Shown: positions 1 to 10,802, counted from the stretch's first letter. The stretch is DNA of 64,000 nt from an uncultured Gemmatimonadales bacterium (GCA_963850905.1 CAWKMU010000003.1:3328001-3392000); one strand, 5' to 3'. The notes: generated by a model from the sequence alone, not told the origin. A program made the numbers and translations.

Positions 1-430
1 TTCCGGTATGCAGGTCCCACAACCATATCTCGGGCGCGTCGCCCCCCTTGGTGGAGACGTACGCCAGATAGTCACCCTTGGGGGACCAGGCGGGTTGCTG
101 ACCGTAGCCCATGCCGCTGACGGGGATGTTGCGAACGAGCAAACGCGGTGGCCCGCTGGCCGGGTTCACCACCCAGATGGCAAGCGGCCCGCCGAAGCTT
201 CCGAGAAACGCGATCTGTGACCCGTCCGGAGACCACACTGGCTCGTTGGTCCCGCCAACCACGGAGCTGACCGAAAGGAGCTGCTCGGCGGAAGGCGCAG
301 GCGCATCACCAGGCATCGACGCGCGTTCCGGGCGTTTCGCTTGCTGGCCACTCACAGCCGAAACGAAAACGCCGCTGGAGATCACGCCGATCAATCCACG
401 TCGGAAAGCGTTCGTGCTCGCGTGCCCCAT
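1..430 (-). CDS. Secreted protein with TolB-like PD40 beta-propeller repeats, possibly the N-terminus of an S9 peptidase (partial, runs off the window)
   Basis: Not in the ORF track; translated by hand from ATG at 430 with GGAGG upstream: MGHASTNAFRRGLIGVISSGVFVSAV...PVWSPDGSQIAF...PAWSPKGDYLAYVS...EIWLWD. Confidence 0.75.
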   Translation of the reverse strand, partial: MGHASTNAFRRGLIGVISSGVFVSAVSGQQAKRPERASMPGDAPAPSAEQLLSVSSVVGGTNEPVWSPDGSQIAFLGSFGGPLAIWVVNPASGPPRLLVRNIPVSGMGYGQQPAWSPKGDYLAYVSTKGGDAPEIWLWDLHTG

Positions 431-1157
431 AAGCCCCTCCACGATGAGAACAGGCTGTCTGCCGCTAGAGCCGACGGATGCGTCGCCGACTCGCGATGGT
501 TGGCCGCCACAGTGTGTCACTACCCGTAACCGGACCCCGGTACCCGGAATCTGTCGTCATGATAGAGACCACCGCCCGAATTGTCCAACGGTGCTTCGCC
601 GAACGAGACGTCGGCGCGCCCCCTTCGCCACAGACCGCATCTCGGGCAGCGAAGAGAGGCTGCGATTCAGCATGTGGCTCGCTGCCGGCTTCGGGAGGCG
701 CTGGCAGCGGTCGACATAACAGTGTCTCGCTGCGTCGCCGGTCGCGTCGTTGTCATACGCGCAATTATCGCCTGAGAGACTCGAACGGCGCGCTCGAAGG
801 CGGCGGAAACACGCCGGCAGCGAGTCGGTCTCGAACGGTGGGACGGCGTACCGCTACTGCGCGGGTGTGGGGGCCCGGTGACACCCGTCTCACCCGCTTC
901 GGCGAGACGCGAATCATGCTGCCGACTCACCGCGGGCGCGAGAGGATCCGTGTGTTTGATTGTTTGCGGACCCGCCGTCTCTGTTCAGCCGACAAGGCAC
1001 GCTGTATACTGGCGACCCATCGAGGCTCCGTCGTAGCCGCTCGGGTGCCCGTCGCGGGCCCACGCCGACGACAAGAGAGCCGGGTATCGAGGTGCTCCTG
1101 CTCACGCAGGGACGCGCGGAGTCTTGCTCGTTTCACCTTCTCCTGTTCGGAGGTATC

Positions 1158-4145
1158 GTGACCAAGAACGCGAGTCGAAGATGGTCTTGGCGGCGGACGG
1201 CAGCGGGAGCGGTGCTCGCAGCGATATGCGGGCTCGCCCCCCGTGCGCACGCGCAGGAGGAACGGGTCACGGGACGCGTCATTGACGCGACCGAGCACAC
1301 GCCCGTTCCTGCCGCCATAGTCCTCGTGACCGGTACGACGGTCGGCGCGAATACGAATGACAGCGGCATGTTCACGTTCCGCGTCCCGGTGGCTGCGAAG
1401 ACGCTAACCGTGCGCCGGATCGGGTACCTCGCTCAGACCGTGCCGCTCACTGCTGGACAGACTTCCTACACCGTGACGCTCCAGCGCGATGTGCTCCGCC
1501 TCGAGGCGGAGGTTGTCACGGGCGTCGCGACAACCGTCTCGACGCAGAACGCGGCGAATGCCGTGTCGGTCGTTTCTGCCCAGGCCGTCAACGAAGTCCC
1601 CGCTCCAACGGTCGAGAACGCGATTCAAGGGCAGATCCCCGGCGCGGTGATCCAGCAGAACAACGGCGGTGCGCCGGGTGGGGGGATGCAGGTGCAGATT
1701 CGCGGCATCACCTCCATCAACGCGAACGCGTCGCCACTCTACGTGGTCGATGGCGTGATGGTGAACAACGAGACCATCAACAGTGGCCTCGACGCCCTGA
1801 CGCTCGGTGCGGGCCTGCAGCCCAGCGCAGAGGACAACACGCCCAACCGGATCGCCGACCTGAATCCCAACGACATCGAGAGCATTCAGGTCTTGAAGGG
1901 CGCGTCTGCCTCGGCCATCTACGGCGCCAAGGCCTCCTCGGGCGTGGTGATCATCACGACGAAGAAAGGGACAGCCGGGAAGCCACAATGGAACATGTCC
2001 CAACAAGTGGGACACTATACCACCGCGAACGCACTCAATCTGCGGTCGTTCCCGACCCTCGCGAGCGCGGAGGTGTGGGGCCAGGAAGAGGGTATCCCGA
2101 CGTCCAAGATCGTGTCGACCTATGGGCCGCCACAGGATTTCCAGAGCGAGCTGTATAGCAACCCGGAGGCGTCGTACCAGACCGACGTGAGTGTGTCGGG
2201 CACCGAGAACAAGACCCAGTACTTCCTCTCGGGCCTCAGCAAGTACGACAACGGCGCGATGACCAACACGGGGTACAACAAGCAGAGCGTTCACGCCAAC
2301 GTGACACAGCAGCTCAACAGCGCGCTGTCGGCGAACCTCAACATCATGTGGGCGCACTCGCTGACGCGGCGTGGCGTGACGGGGAACGAGAACGACGGGG
2401 TAGCGCCGATCGACGTGATGAGCGCAACGCCACAGTTCTACAATCTGGACCACGAGTTCCCCGATGGCAGCTGGGCGGTGAACCCCTACGCGGTCGCCAA
2501 CATGTTCGCCGACGCGGCCGAGATCGAGACGCCGGAGGATGTGCAGCGCTTCATCGGTGGCGGCAATATCGACTGGGCGCCCTACAGCACGGACCATCAG
2601 AGCCTGCACCTCCGGTTCATCGGCGGCGCGGACTTCACGACCCAGCACGACCAGCTGTACGCGCCCCCGAGCCTGCAGGTGATGCAGGAAATCGCCAGCG
2701 GACTGCCTGGCGTGGCGACGGTGCAGAACGACATCACGCAGTACATCAATTACTCGATCAACGCGATTCACCACTGGGCGCCGTCATCGAGTCTCGACGC
2801 CACGACGTCGATCGGGTTTGTGCGCGAGCGCCGCAGTGACAACGCGCCAGACGTAGTCGGTCAGAACCTGCTCTCCGGCGTGAATTCCCCGACCGCCGGG
2901 ACCGTGACGACGGTCTTTTACAACCGCGACGCCGCGTACGACCAGTCGCTATACGCACAGGAACAGGTGCTGCTGCTCGACGAACGCCTGGCGGTCGGTG
3001 GCGGCGTCACGGCGGAGCGCACGACCAACGACGGCGACATCAACAAGTTCTACTACTACCCGCACTATTCAGCCTCCTACCGCGTCCCGCAATTCGCCGG
3101 ATTCCTCGATGAGCTCAAGTTCCGTGCGGCCTACGGACAATCGGGCACGGAGCCGAATTACGGCGTGAAGTACACGCCGGACACGAGCGCGTTGATCGGC
3201 GGCCTGTCGTCGATCTACCCCTCGTTGCTCCACGGCAGCTCGAGCATTCGCCCCGAGGCCGAAACCGAGATCGAGACCGGGTTCGACGCCACGTTCTTCC
3301 ATTCGCGGGCGCAGTTCAGCTTCACCCTGTACCAGAAGCGGATCCAAGACCTCTTGCTGCAGGCCAACGTCGCGCCGGGACTTGGCTACAACAGCGTATG
3401 GTTCAATGGCGGCGAGTTCACGAACCAGGGCATCGAGCTTTCGTTCAATGCCACGCCGCTCCAGTTCCGCAACGGCTTCACGTGGAACACGACCGAAACG
3501 TTCTACCGCAATTACAGCGTGGTGAACACGCTCCCAATTCCGCCGTTCATCGTCGGAAGCACATTCGGCGGCATCTTCGGACAATTCGGGTACCTCGCCC
3601 CGGGCCGCTCGGTCTCCGAGATGGTGGCGCCGGCGATCCTCACCGCCAACGGCTCGCCCTTGCAGGTGGGCGACTTCCAGCCGTCGTACGTCGTGAGTCT
3701 CTCGCAGGAATTCACCTGGAACCACTTCCGCCTGTATGGCCTGCTGGACTGGCACCGCGGCGGCAACGTGGTCAACACCAGCAACCTGCTCTTCGACTTC
3801 GGCGGGTTGCTCGAGGACACGACGGCGAGCAAGTCGCGGCTGGCCGCGTGGGAAGCGGGTAGCGTGTATCCGTACCTCGAGCCGTCGAGCTTCATCAAAC
3901 TGCGTGAGGTGACACTCAGCTATACCCTGCCGCGGACCTGGACGACCTTCATCAGCCGTGGGGGCCTGAGCTTCAGCAACGCCCGCTTGTCCTTTACGGG
4001 GCGCAACCTGTGGATGTCGTTCCGCTACACTGGACTCGATCCGGAAGTCAGCTCATTCGGCAATCAACAGGTGACGACGGCGACCGACACGTTTGCGTAC
4101 CCCCCGTCGCGCAGCTACTTCCTCGGCCTCGACCTGAGCTTCTGA
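1158..4145 (+). CDS. SusC/RagA-family TonB-dependent outer membrane receptor
   Basis: GTG at 1158 after GGAGG; signal peptide; carboxypeptidase-regulatory-like N domain; plug motifs PLYVVDG and DIESIQVLKGASASAIYG..SSGVVIITTKKG; C-terminal Phe. Confidence 0.95.
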   Translation: MTKNASRRWSWRRTAAGAVLAAICGLAPRAHAQEERVTGRVIDATEHTPVPAAIVLVTGTTVGANTNDSGMFTFRVPVAAKTLTVRRIGYLAQTVPLTAGQTSYTVTLQRDVLRLEAEVVTGVATTVSTQNAANAVSVVSAQAVNEVPAPTVENAIQGQIPGAVIQQNNGGAPGGGMQVQIRGITSINANASPLYVVDGVMVNNETINSGLDALTLGAGLQPSAEDNTPNRIADLNPNDIESIQVLKGASASAIYGAKASSGVVIITTKKGTAGKPQWNMSQQVGHYTTANALNLRSFPTLASAEVWGQEEGIPTSKIVSTYGPPQDFQSELYSNPEASYQTDVSVSGTENKTQYFLSGLSKYDNGAMTNTGYNKQSVHANVTQQLNSALSANLNIMWAHSLTRRGVTGNENDGVAPIDVMSATPQFYNLDHEFPDGSWAVNPYAVANMFADAAEIETPEDVQRFIGGGNIDWAPYSTDHQSLHLRFIGGADFTTQHDQLYAPPSLQVMQEIASGLPGVATVQNDITQYINYSINAIHHWAPSSSLDATTSIGFVRERRSDNAPDVVGQNLLSGVNSPTAGTVTTVFYNRDAAYDQSLYAQEQVLLLDERLAVGGGVTAERTTNDGDINKFYYYPHYSASYRVPQFAGFLDELKFRAAYGQSGTEPNYGVKYTPDTSALIGGLSSIYPSLLHGSSSIRPEAETEIETGFDATFFHSRAQFSFTLYQKRIQDLLLQANVAPGLGYNSVWFNGGEFTNQGIELSFNATPLQFRNGFTWNTTETFYRNYSVVNTLPIPPFIVGSTFGGIFGQFGYLAPGRSVSEMVAPAILTANGSPLQVGDFQPSYVVSLSQEFTWNHFRLYGLLDWHRGGNVVNTSNLLFDFGGLLEDTTASKSRLAAWEAGSVYPYLEPSSFIKLREVTLSYTLPRTWTTFISRGGLSFSNARLSFTGRNLWMSFRYTGLDPEVSSFGNQQVTTATDTFAYPPSRSYFLGLDLSF

Positions 4146-4146
4146 C

Positions 4147-5683
4147 ATGACTGCCCATACATACATCGCTGCGGGCCGTGCGCGCCCGCGTTCGGTCGCT
4201 CGCGCGGCCGGCTTTCTGGTTGGTGCCGTGATCGTCGCGTCGGTCGCGTGCACCGATTCCAACATTCCGTTCTACACAGAACCGACGGGTGTCTCCAACA
4301 CACCGGCCGGCATCCAAAACGCGGTCGTGGGACTCTTTAGCGCCACGCGAGTCGACGCCGAGAACTACCTCTTCTGGATGGTGGGATTCGCGCGCGATGA
4401 GGCGAACATTCAGGCGGAGAATCCCGAGGGGGTCGTCGAGGAGACGGGTCTGACGCCCATTCCCGCTGGTGACCAGGGGGTGTGGGACAACGAGTATCGG
4501 GCTGCCGATGCGGCGCTCGCGGTCATCTCCGCGTTGCCGAATGTGGCGCCAGCCTACACGTCCCAACAGGTCGCCGCGATCACGGGCGTTGCACAGACGC
4601 TCGAGGCGCTCGACTACATGCTCGTCGCGGAGACGCGCGACACGCTGGGGATCCCGATCCACTCGAATGCGAGTGCGACGTCGGGCCCGGTGTACTGCGC
4701 GCAAGACGCGTGGAAGCAAATCGTCGCGCTGCTCGACACCGCGAATGCCAACCTCAACCTGGCGGGCAACATCGCCCTGCCCGTCAAGGTCCCACAGGGA
4801 TTCAACTCGGTGAGCGGGACGGCAGGACCCAGCACCGTGTCTGGCTCGTTCGCATCATTCAATCGCGCACTGGCAGGCAAAGCCGGCTTGGAGCTCGCTT
4901 ATGCGATCGCCAGGAGCACCCAGGGGACGCATCCGACGCCGACCACTCCAGGTGTACCCGACGCCGCAGCACTCACGCGCGCCGACAGCGCAATGACGGC
5001 GTCCGCTCTCTACACGGCCCCGCTCTCACCGCCGATCCCCGGCGGCTTCATCGAGAACGCGAGCGGTGTTTTCTGGGACTTCAGTGCCCAGTCGGGCGAC
5101 TTGGCAAACCCGATCGACGGTGCCATCGGCCTGTGGCGCACACTGGCGTATCTGACCGCTGATGTCGACACGGTCAACGACTTGCGTTTCGTCAACAAGT
5201 TCGTCCCCAACACCTATTCGTTGCTCATTCCGGGGGACGCGTTCATGTCGACGAACTGGCTGTACGGAATGTACGTCACCACGAACTCGCCCATTCCCAT
5301 CATTCGGAATGAGGCGGTGGTGCTGGAGCGAGCCCAGATCCAGTTGGGACTCGGACGGCTGGCGACTGCCGCCACCCTGATCAATCAGGTGCATCAACAA
5401 GCGGGTGGCTTTGCGACCCCGCTGTCGATCGAATGCGACCTCGTACACCGCGGTCCGCGACACCTTGCTGAAGGAACAGCGCATCTCCACGGTCTTCGAG
5501 ATCAGCGGCGACCGGACGATTTCGCTCCGCATGTACGGGCTCGAGTCCGTGGCTGACACGACCTGGTCGTCAGCTGCGGCGCCGCGTCCTCCGGGCGGCG
5601 TGGACCTCCATACGACGGTCATCCCGGTCCCGTCGACGGAGATCGAAGGACGAGGCGGGAGCTACGTGTTGACGTGCCCGTAG
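4147..5683 (+). CDS. SusD/RagB-family lipoprotein with apparent frameshift near 5431
   Basis: Directly follows the SusC gene; lipobox-like SVAC; PIIRNEAVVLERA motif; the C-terminus (LLKEQRISTVFE..GDR..LRMYG) continues in ORF 5405-5683. Confidence 0.85.
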
Positions 5684-5689
5684 GGCACT

Positions 5690-5712
5690 AGACGTTGGAC
5701 GCTGGACGCTGG
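5690..5712. repeat. Short heptamer tandem repeat (AGACGTT-GGACGCT-GGACGCT-GG)
   Basis: Read directly just after the SusD stop codon. Confidence 0.5.
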
Positions 5713-5798
5713 TGAACAAACCTCGAGGGTCAGCTGATGCACCGCAGCTGGCCCTCGAAGTTTGATGTTGGCCGGTGTTCGAGTCACCCCGGGGGCAC

Positions 5799-6755
5799 TT
5801 ACAAAACCGACGGCTTACGCCTGGGTACCTGCTCCACGAAGCTGCGCGCGATATCGATCCGGCGCATGAACGCGACATCGGGGAATCCCTGGGCATACGC
5901 AATGAAACGAGCCAGCGCGTCCGAGCGGGCCGGATTGCCGGTGATTCTCGGGTGGAGGCCGACCGACATCATCCGCCCGCAATCATCGCCATCATTTCGC
6001 AGCCGGTCGAGACAGGCTTTGGCCGTCTCGAAGAAATGCTCCGGGCTGCCGTAGCCGGTCCCCATGATGTAGCGTGCGTCGTTGACGACGAGGGAATACG
6101 GCACGACCAAGTGGCTCTTGCCGTGGATCGACGTCCAGTACGGCAGATCATCGCTGTAGCAGTCGGAGTCGTACAGGAAGCCGCCCTCCTCGACCACCAG
6201 CTCGCGCGTGTTGACGCTCATCTCTCGGCAGTACCACCCGAGCGGGCGCCCACCCGTCGTCTGCGCGATCGACGCGATCGCTCGCTTGATCGCCTCACGC
6301 TCTTCGTCTCTGTTCATTTCGTAGTGGTTGCTCCAGCGATACCCGTGCCCGGCGACTTCATCACCGCGCTTGGCGATCTTCGCCGCGACCGCCGGGTTGC
6401 GCTCGAGCGCGACCGCGGCCCCAAAGACGGTGATGGGAATCTTCGCCGCGTCGAATATCCGGAACATCCGCCAGATCCCGGCCCGCGTCCCATACTCGTA
6501 CATCGACTCGACCGCGAGGTCACGTTGATCGTCGACGGCAAACGGCAGCTCGTACATCCCGTCGTTCACCTGATCGCCCATCGCGAAGGTCTTCTCCGAT
6601 CCTTCCTCGTAGTTGACCACGACCTGCACCGCCACCTTGGCGCCGTTCTGCCAGCGCACGCGCGGAGGATGCTCGCCGTATCCGACTAACTCGCGCGGTG
6701 GACCGGGCACGTCGGTGATATCAGTCTGGCGAAAGAACTGCGGGTTGCGCGTCAT
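5799..6755 (-). CDS. Polysaccharide-deacetylase-fold amidohydrolase, PuuE allantoinase-like
   Basis: VVNYEEGSE, ESMYEYGTRAG.WR, HGYRW, YDSD.Y.DDLPYW, MMSVGLHPR motifs. Confidence 0.85.
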   Translation of the reverse strand: MTRNPQFFRQTDITDVPGPPRELVGYGEHPPRVRWQNGAKVAVQVVVNYEEGSEKTFAMGDQVNDGMYELPFAVDDQRDLAVESMYEYGTRAGIWRMFRIFDAAKIPITVFGAAVALERNPAVAAKIAKRGDEVAGHGYRWSNHYEMNRDEEREAIKRAIASIAQTTGGRPLGWYCREMSVNTRELVVEEGGFLYDSDCYSDDLPYWTSIHGKSHLVVPYSLVVNDARYIMGTGYGSPEHFFETAKACLDRLRNDGDDCGRMMSVGLHPRITGNPARSDALARFIAYAQGFPDVAFMRRIDIARSFVEQVPRRKPSVL

Positions 6756-6786
6756 GCCGAGCGGCCTCGGGTGAATAGGTAAGACG

Positions 6787-7570
6787 TCATAAGCCTGCCA
6801 AGCTCCTCGCTCCATCGACGACGAGGAGCTGACCGTTCACGTAGGATGCCTCGTCGCTCGAGAGAAACTGAAAGACGTACGCGATATCCTCCGGTGTGCC
6901 AATCCGTCCCGTCGGCACTTTGGACGCGACCTCCTCGATCGCCACAGGGCCGAGCGAATTGACGGGATCCAGCGCTTGCGGCGTGCGAATCACCCCTGGC
7001 GCCACCGCGTTGGAGGTAATGCCAAAGGGCCCGAACTCCACCGCGAGCGACTTGACGAGCCCCACGAGACCGCCTTTGGCCGCCGCATAGTGGGCATGCT
7101 CGGGCCACGCCGAGACGGTGCCCGCGACCGAGGAGGTGGCGATGAGTCGCCCGAACCCGGCGCGTCGCATGAACGGAATCGCCGCTCGAAAACACCGCCA
7201 CACACCGGCGAGGTCGACATCGACGACGGCATCCCACGCGTCGTCGTCGAGGTCCTCGAGCGCGACCTTACGAGCGATGCCAGCGTTGGCGATGACGATG
7301 TGCAGCCCACCGAGTTGTGCGACCGCCTCGGCCACGAGCGCATCGACGTCGGCCGACTGCCTGACATCGACCGCCGCGACGACGGCCCGACGTCCGAGCT
7401 CGCTCGACGGCCTCGCGAACGAGCTCGAATGTCGTGCCCGTCCGGCGGATAGTACGCCAGCGCCAGATCCGCCCCGGCAGCGGCAAACACCCGAGCCGTC
7501 GCCGCGCCAATGCCGGATGCCGCGCCGGTGATGAGCGCCACGCGACCGCTGAGATCGAACACGCGGTCAT
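6787..7570 (-). CDS. SDR oxidoreductase (FabG-like) with apparent indels near 7563, 7428 and 7402
   Basis: TGAASGIG in ORF 6990-7562; ANAG, YAAAK and GRIGTPED in ORF 6787-7335; intervening segment ELVREAVE in a third frame. Confidence 0.8.
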
Positions 7571-7574
7571 GCCC

Positions 7575-8337
7575 TCATAGCATCACGTCGCCGCCGTTCG
7601 GGCCGAGCGTCTGACCGACGTAATACGACCCGGCCGCAGACGCGAGCAGGACCGCGGTCGGCGTCACCTCATCCACCGTGCCGAAGCGGCCGATGGGAAG
7701 CTCCGCGAGTTTCGCACTCCGCCACGCCTCGGTCTCGCCGTCGAGCATCGGCGTGTGGATCGGGCCTGGCGCGATCGCATTGACGAGCACACCGCGACGG
7801 GACACCTCGCGCGCGAGCGACTTGGTGAGCCCGATGACGCCTGCCTTGCTCGCTGCATAATGCCCGACCGATGTGCCACCGATCTGCCCGAGCTGCGAGG
7901 CGATATTGATGATGCGGCCGTCGCCGCGTTCCAGCATCTGGCCGATCAGGGCTCGGATGCAGAGGAAGGTACCGCGCAGATTGGTGTTGACGACACGATC
8001 CCAATCCTCCAGCGGCAGGTTCTCGATCAGCGACTCGGTGAAAATGCCGGCGTTGTTGACGAGAATGTCCACTCGGCCGAACCGCGCAAGCGCAGCGTCA
8101 GCCATGGCCTTCACGCTCACCGGGTCACTGACATCGGTCTGGATATACAGGGCCGCGCCTCCGCGCCGCTGAATGCCAGTCATCGTCGCAGCCGCCTGCC
8201 GCTCGGCGACCTGGTCGGCCACGACGACACTCGCGCCCTCGCACGCGAAGGCGATCGCGATGCTCTGGCCGATCCCGGACGCCGCGCCGGTCACGACCGC
8301 GACGCGGTCTTGCAGGGCGTTCAGGTGGGCTCCCCAT
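7575..8337 (-). CDS. SDR oxidoreductase (FabG-like); start uncertain
   Basis: LQDRVAVVTGAASGIG, NNAG, YAASK; the nearest upstream ATG (8337) is one base out of frame, suggesting another indel. Confidence 0.85.
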
Positions 8338-9019
8338 TCGCGCGTCCTGTGTCACCCCGCCAGACACACTGGATTTGGGCACCCGTCGCCAAGTCAAAGC
8401 GGTGGCGCATGAGGAGCAGCGACGCCGCGTGCTGGGCTCTGTCATCGCTGGCCACGCAGTCCTCGGCGATCACGACATAGTAGTCGCTGAACATCGCGTC
8501 GCGTGCGGTCGACTCGACGCACCCCTCGGTCGTGCATCCGCCAACCACGACCGTCTTGATGCCGTTGCTCCGAAGCAGCATGTCGAGATTGGTGCCCCAG
8601 AACCCGCTCGATCGATACTTGCGCACGACGAGCTCGGAGGGAAGCGGCGTGAACTCACGAGCGAACGCATGCCCCGGCGTGCCAGGCATGGTGTAGCAGA
8701 GCGGGGGCCCGTCACCGCGTGCCGCCTGATGCATGCGCAGGTTGAAGCGGATATAGGAGGGCGACTCGCCCATCCGCCCGGGCAGCACCGTGTGCTGGAG
8801 GTGTACGATCATGAGGCCGGTCTCGCGGGCCGCCGCTAACAAAGCCGCCAGCCGCGGCCTCGACTCAGGATACATCGACAGGTCAATGCCAAGCGTGCCA
8901 AAGAAGCCGGTCGGCTCGACGAAGTCGCACTGCATGTCCACCATCATCAGGGCGGTGTGTGCGGGGTCGACGAGCTCCGAGAGCTCGGTGAACACCTGCT
9001 TGCCGGCAATCGTGATCAT
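8321..9019 (-). CDS. Isochorismatase-family cysteine hydrolase (RutB-like amidohydrolase)
   Basis: Catalytic triad context VDMQ.DF / RKYRSSGF / TTEGCVESTARDA; GAGAGG RBS before ATG 9019. Confidence 0.9.
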   Translation of the reverse strand: MITIAGKQVFTELSELVDPAHTALMMVDMQCDFVEPTGFFGTLGIDLSMYPESRPRLAALLAAARETGLMIVHLQHTVLPGRMGESPSYIRFNLRMHQAARGDGPPLCYTMPGTPGHAFAREFTPLPSELVVRKYRSSGFWGTNLDMLLRSNGIKTVVVGGCTTEGCVESTARDAMFSDYYVVIAEDCVASDDRAQHAASLLLMRHRFDLATGAQIQCVWRGDTGRANGEPT

Positions 9020-9088
9020 CGTCGGCCTCTCGCTACCGAGGCATGCACGATGCCGGTGCCGCACGGCACGCAGTGGTGCTTCGCACGG

Positions 9089-10537
9089 TCACCGGACGGG
9101 GTCATCGGCCGTGATGAACGCGCCGATCGCGGCGATTTTCTCCGGTGACTTGGCGCGGTAGTAATGGTGTAGCGCGGCGCCAGCGACGAGCCAAACGCCG
9201 ATAATGATCGGGACCAGGTTGTAGGGATACAGCTGGCCCGGCGCCGCGACCGAGTACAGCGGGTAGGCGAGGCTGATGACACCGAGCGCGGGGACAACGA
9301 CATGTGTCACCACCCCACGTCGCGGCATCCGCCAGAAGTATCGGATGTGGGCAACGTTACTCAACATATAGACGATGATAATCGCTACGGTGCCGATCGC
9401 CCCCGTAAAGCCGTAGGCTCCCGTGGCGCCGGGGCCCAGCCATGCGGCAGTGCCGAGCCCGACGATGAGCGTGAACGCGGTCTGCGCAACGATCGCGTGG
9501 TAGGGCGAGAACCAGCGCGGGTGCACGTCGCCGAGCGAGGCCGGGAGCACGTGGTCGCGCCCCATCGAGAACATCACGCGCACGGTCGTGTTATGGATCG
9601 CGAGGAGGCACGTGAAGATGCCACAAATGGCCGCGAGATCGATCGGTTGGAGAAACCAGGGCGCCACGCGCTGACCGAGCGTCACGATCGGATTGCCGTC
9701 GGCCAGAAACGCCCGCATCCGCGCCGGGTCGTTGAGGCGGTACCCGGCCGTGAGCGCGTACATCATGAGCACATAGAACACGCCGACGGCCGCCAGTGCT
9801 CCGATGACGGCGAGGGGAATGCTGCGCTTCGGGTTGCGGGTCTCCTCTCCCAGCGTTGCTGCGGCGTCGAATCCAATGAACGACAGCAGGCCGAACACCA
9901 CGCCGAGTCCAACGCCTGCGAACCCCTTTGGGGACGAGGTCACGAGGAAGACGGCGGTCGTGTTGCCGCTGCCCGCCGTCGCGATGGCGAGCACGCCGAG
10001 GATCAGGAAGATGATGATCTCACCCACGAGCAACGCCAGCCCCAGATTGGCCGACGCTCTGATGCTGCGGACGGACAGTCCAAAAACGATGGCCATCGCG
10101 GCAAGGCTGAACAGCCACCACGCGACGTCGACGTGAAAGGTGGAGACGACATAGTCGTGGCAAAACGCGCCGAATGCCGTGAACAGCCCTGGTGCCAGCA
10201 TCGCGTACCCGATCCAGAAGAGCCAGCCGGTAAAGAAACCCGCGGTTGGCCCCAACCCTCTCGAGTTGAACGTGTAGAACGAGCCAGCGGTAGGCATCTG
10301 ACGGGCAAACTGGACGACGGTATTGCCCACCAGTGCGGCCGCCACGAAGGCCAGGACAAAGGACAGGGGGATCGCCGCACCCGCCGCCGGTACGGCGGCC
10401 GGTGCATTGAGCACGACGGCGACGACCGGCGCCATCGCGGCCGCCGACAACGCGATGGCGTTGGGGATCGTCAGGACTCCGTGCTGGAGTCGCTGTTCGC
10501 GGGGGGCATCCTCGGGGGACGGCAGGTCGTGCGTCAT
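9089..10537 (-). CDS. APC-family amino acid/polyamine permease
   Basis: About 12 hydrophobic segments; AGSFYTF and SFIGFDAAATLGEET.NP motifs; alternative start at 10621. Confidence 0.9.
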   Translation of the reverse strand: MTHDLPSPEDAPREQRLQHGVLTIPNAIALSAAAMAPVVAVVLNAPAAVPAAGAAIPLSFVLAFVAAALVGNTVVQFARQMPTAGSFYTFNSRGLGPTAGFFTGWLFWIGYAMLAPGLFTAFGAFCHDYVVSTFHVDVAWWLFSLAAMAIVFGLSVRSIRASANLGLALLVGEIIIFLILGVLAIATAGSGNTTAVFLVTSSPKGFAGVGLGVVFGLLSFIGFDAAATLGEETRNPKRSIPLAVIGALAAVGVFYVLMMYALTAGYRLNDPARMRAFLADGNPIVTLGQRVAPWFLQPIDLAAICGIFTCLLAIHNTTVRVMFSMGRDHVLPASLGDVHPRWFSPYHAIVAQTAFTLIVGLGTAAWLGPGATGAYGFTGAIGTVAIIIVYMLSNVAHIRYFWRMPRRGVVTHVVVPALGVISLAYPLYSVAAPGQLYPYNLVPIIIGVWLVAGAALHHYYRAKSPEKIAAIGAFITADDPVR

Positions 10538-10802
10538 TCCGGTCGGGCCATACCGTGCGTGAGGAGGGACGCGCGTGCCGAGCGGTCGTCGACCGGGTGG
10601 CGGACTGTGTGGACCATTCACACAGAGAGATAGGCGAATGCGTCGCCTGGGTCTATAGGACCGCCGGTCTCCGGGGTTGGGAGCAGAGGAACAGCCCTGT
10701 CAAGCGGTGGACCTCCCAATCGAGTGCCCACGCCGTTGGCCTGGTCGCGCGCGACGGGCCGCCTGGTCAACGGCTCACGGGCCAGCGCGCGAACGCCTGT
10801 CG

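Noticed and set aside
705..735. Second dif-like half site (TTATGTCGACC on the minus strand)
   Set aside because: No matching left arm with TAA at 6-bp spacing
1404..2774. Long antisense or alternate-frame ORFs (also 9302-10633, 47119-49155, 53736-55250, 58498-59658)
   Set aside because: Typical high-GC shadow ORFs overlapping well-supported genes, with no motifs
6752..6790. 12-aa peptide MTSYLFTRGRSA overlapping the SDR stop and the PuuE-like start
   Set aside because: Cannot distinguish a coupling mini-ORF from chance or another indel
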